From positions 269,011-333,010 of the forward strand of contig JANQNF010000024.1 in NCBI GenBank assembly GCA_028279705.1: a stretch of DNA of 64,000 bases, in the 5' to 3' direction. A model generated the notes under the pieces. That model did no database searches and was not told the origin of the DNA. It was given only the letters and a program-made list of their open reading frames with translations. The position numbers and the translations under genes were made by a program. Shown here in pieces: positions 63,551 to 64,000 of the stretch. Within the stretch, counting starts at the first letter, position 1. Each line of letters starts with the position of its first letter. The DNA comes from an archaeon. Lineage in GTDB: Archaea > Aenigmatarchaeota > Aenigmatarchaeia > QMZP01 > JAFGSV01.

Positions 63551-64000
63551 CTATTTTGACGATTTTGCATAAATGACAGGGTCCCACCCATAATTACTTT
63601 TTTTGATGCTCATGATGTAGTTATCATCAACCTTTTGTATCTCATCCGACTTATTGGTCAGGCAGGTGTCGATGACGAAAGAGTCTTTTATGTCATTCTT
63701 CTTGATCGCCTCTTGCCTGAAACCCTCGAATGCCCTCTTATTGCTTGCATAGACCAGCCCGCCTTCAGGGATTTTCTCATCCAGCACGTTCATTAGTTTT
63801 ACCAACAGATCGTATCCGGTTCCAAAGCAGCCGACCACATTCGACAGATAGGCTTTGTTGAATCCTCCTCTCTTGATCGCATCAGAGATGTCGCCTTTTT
63901 CTAAGGTGAGATTCTTCACCTTTTCCCTTATCCTATCAAGGCGTTCATTATCTGATGAGAAATAACCGTTTCTGAGAACGTATTCTGCTTTGTAAACATC
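63551..64000 (-). CDS. Hypothetical protein, probably 5'-truncated by the window edge; methyltransferase-like C-terminus
   Basis: EKGDI...FNKAYLSNV...GGLVY; the frame appears to run towards the window end. Confidence 0.5.
   Translation of the reverse strand, partial: DVYKAEYVLRNGYFSSDNERLDRIREKVKNLTLEKGDISDAIKRGGFNKAYLSNVVGCFGTGYDLLVKLMNVLDEKIPEGGLVYASNKRAFEGFRQEAIKKNDIKDSFVIDTCLTNKSDEIQKVDDNYIMSIKKSNYGWDPVIYAKSSK

Overview
This is a 64-kb archaeal chromosomal segment. Archaeal markers include MCM, S6e, aTrm56, Taw1, AlaX-M, CTP-dependent RibK and BHB tRNA introns. Compact genes and many scattered AT-rich ORFans suggest a DPANN-type lineage, possibly Aenigmarchaeota, but that placement is inference only. 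The centre of the window is a ~24-kb hydrogen/redox neighbourhood. It holds ArsR-iscS-iscU, a four-gene group 3b soluble [NiFe]-hydrogenase (hydBGDA), HypA, two maturation proteases, a complete 14-gene Mrp-linked membrane-bound hydrogenase (mbhA-N), and a thioredoxin-ferredoxin-FTR cluster whose 55-aa ferredoxin is missing from the ORF track. Other content: tRNA-Met(CAU) with two introns beside a free-standing LAGLIDADG gene, tRNA-Val(GAC), an MCM with a 531-aa endonuclease-containing intein, pyrC/K/D, argS, mre11-rad50, a RibK/RbkR-ECF operon with a palindromic operator, a serpin and several Cys-rich surface proteins, one ending in a DGR-target-like C-type lectin domain. The most striking hidden signal is in the second tRNA-Met intron. 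It contains a kink-turn C/D motif with an antisense element that, by the D+5 rule, points at C34 of its own anticodon, and its boxes fall into normal order only in the circularised intron. No CRISPR array, integrase, transposase or reverse transcriptase was seen.
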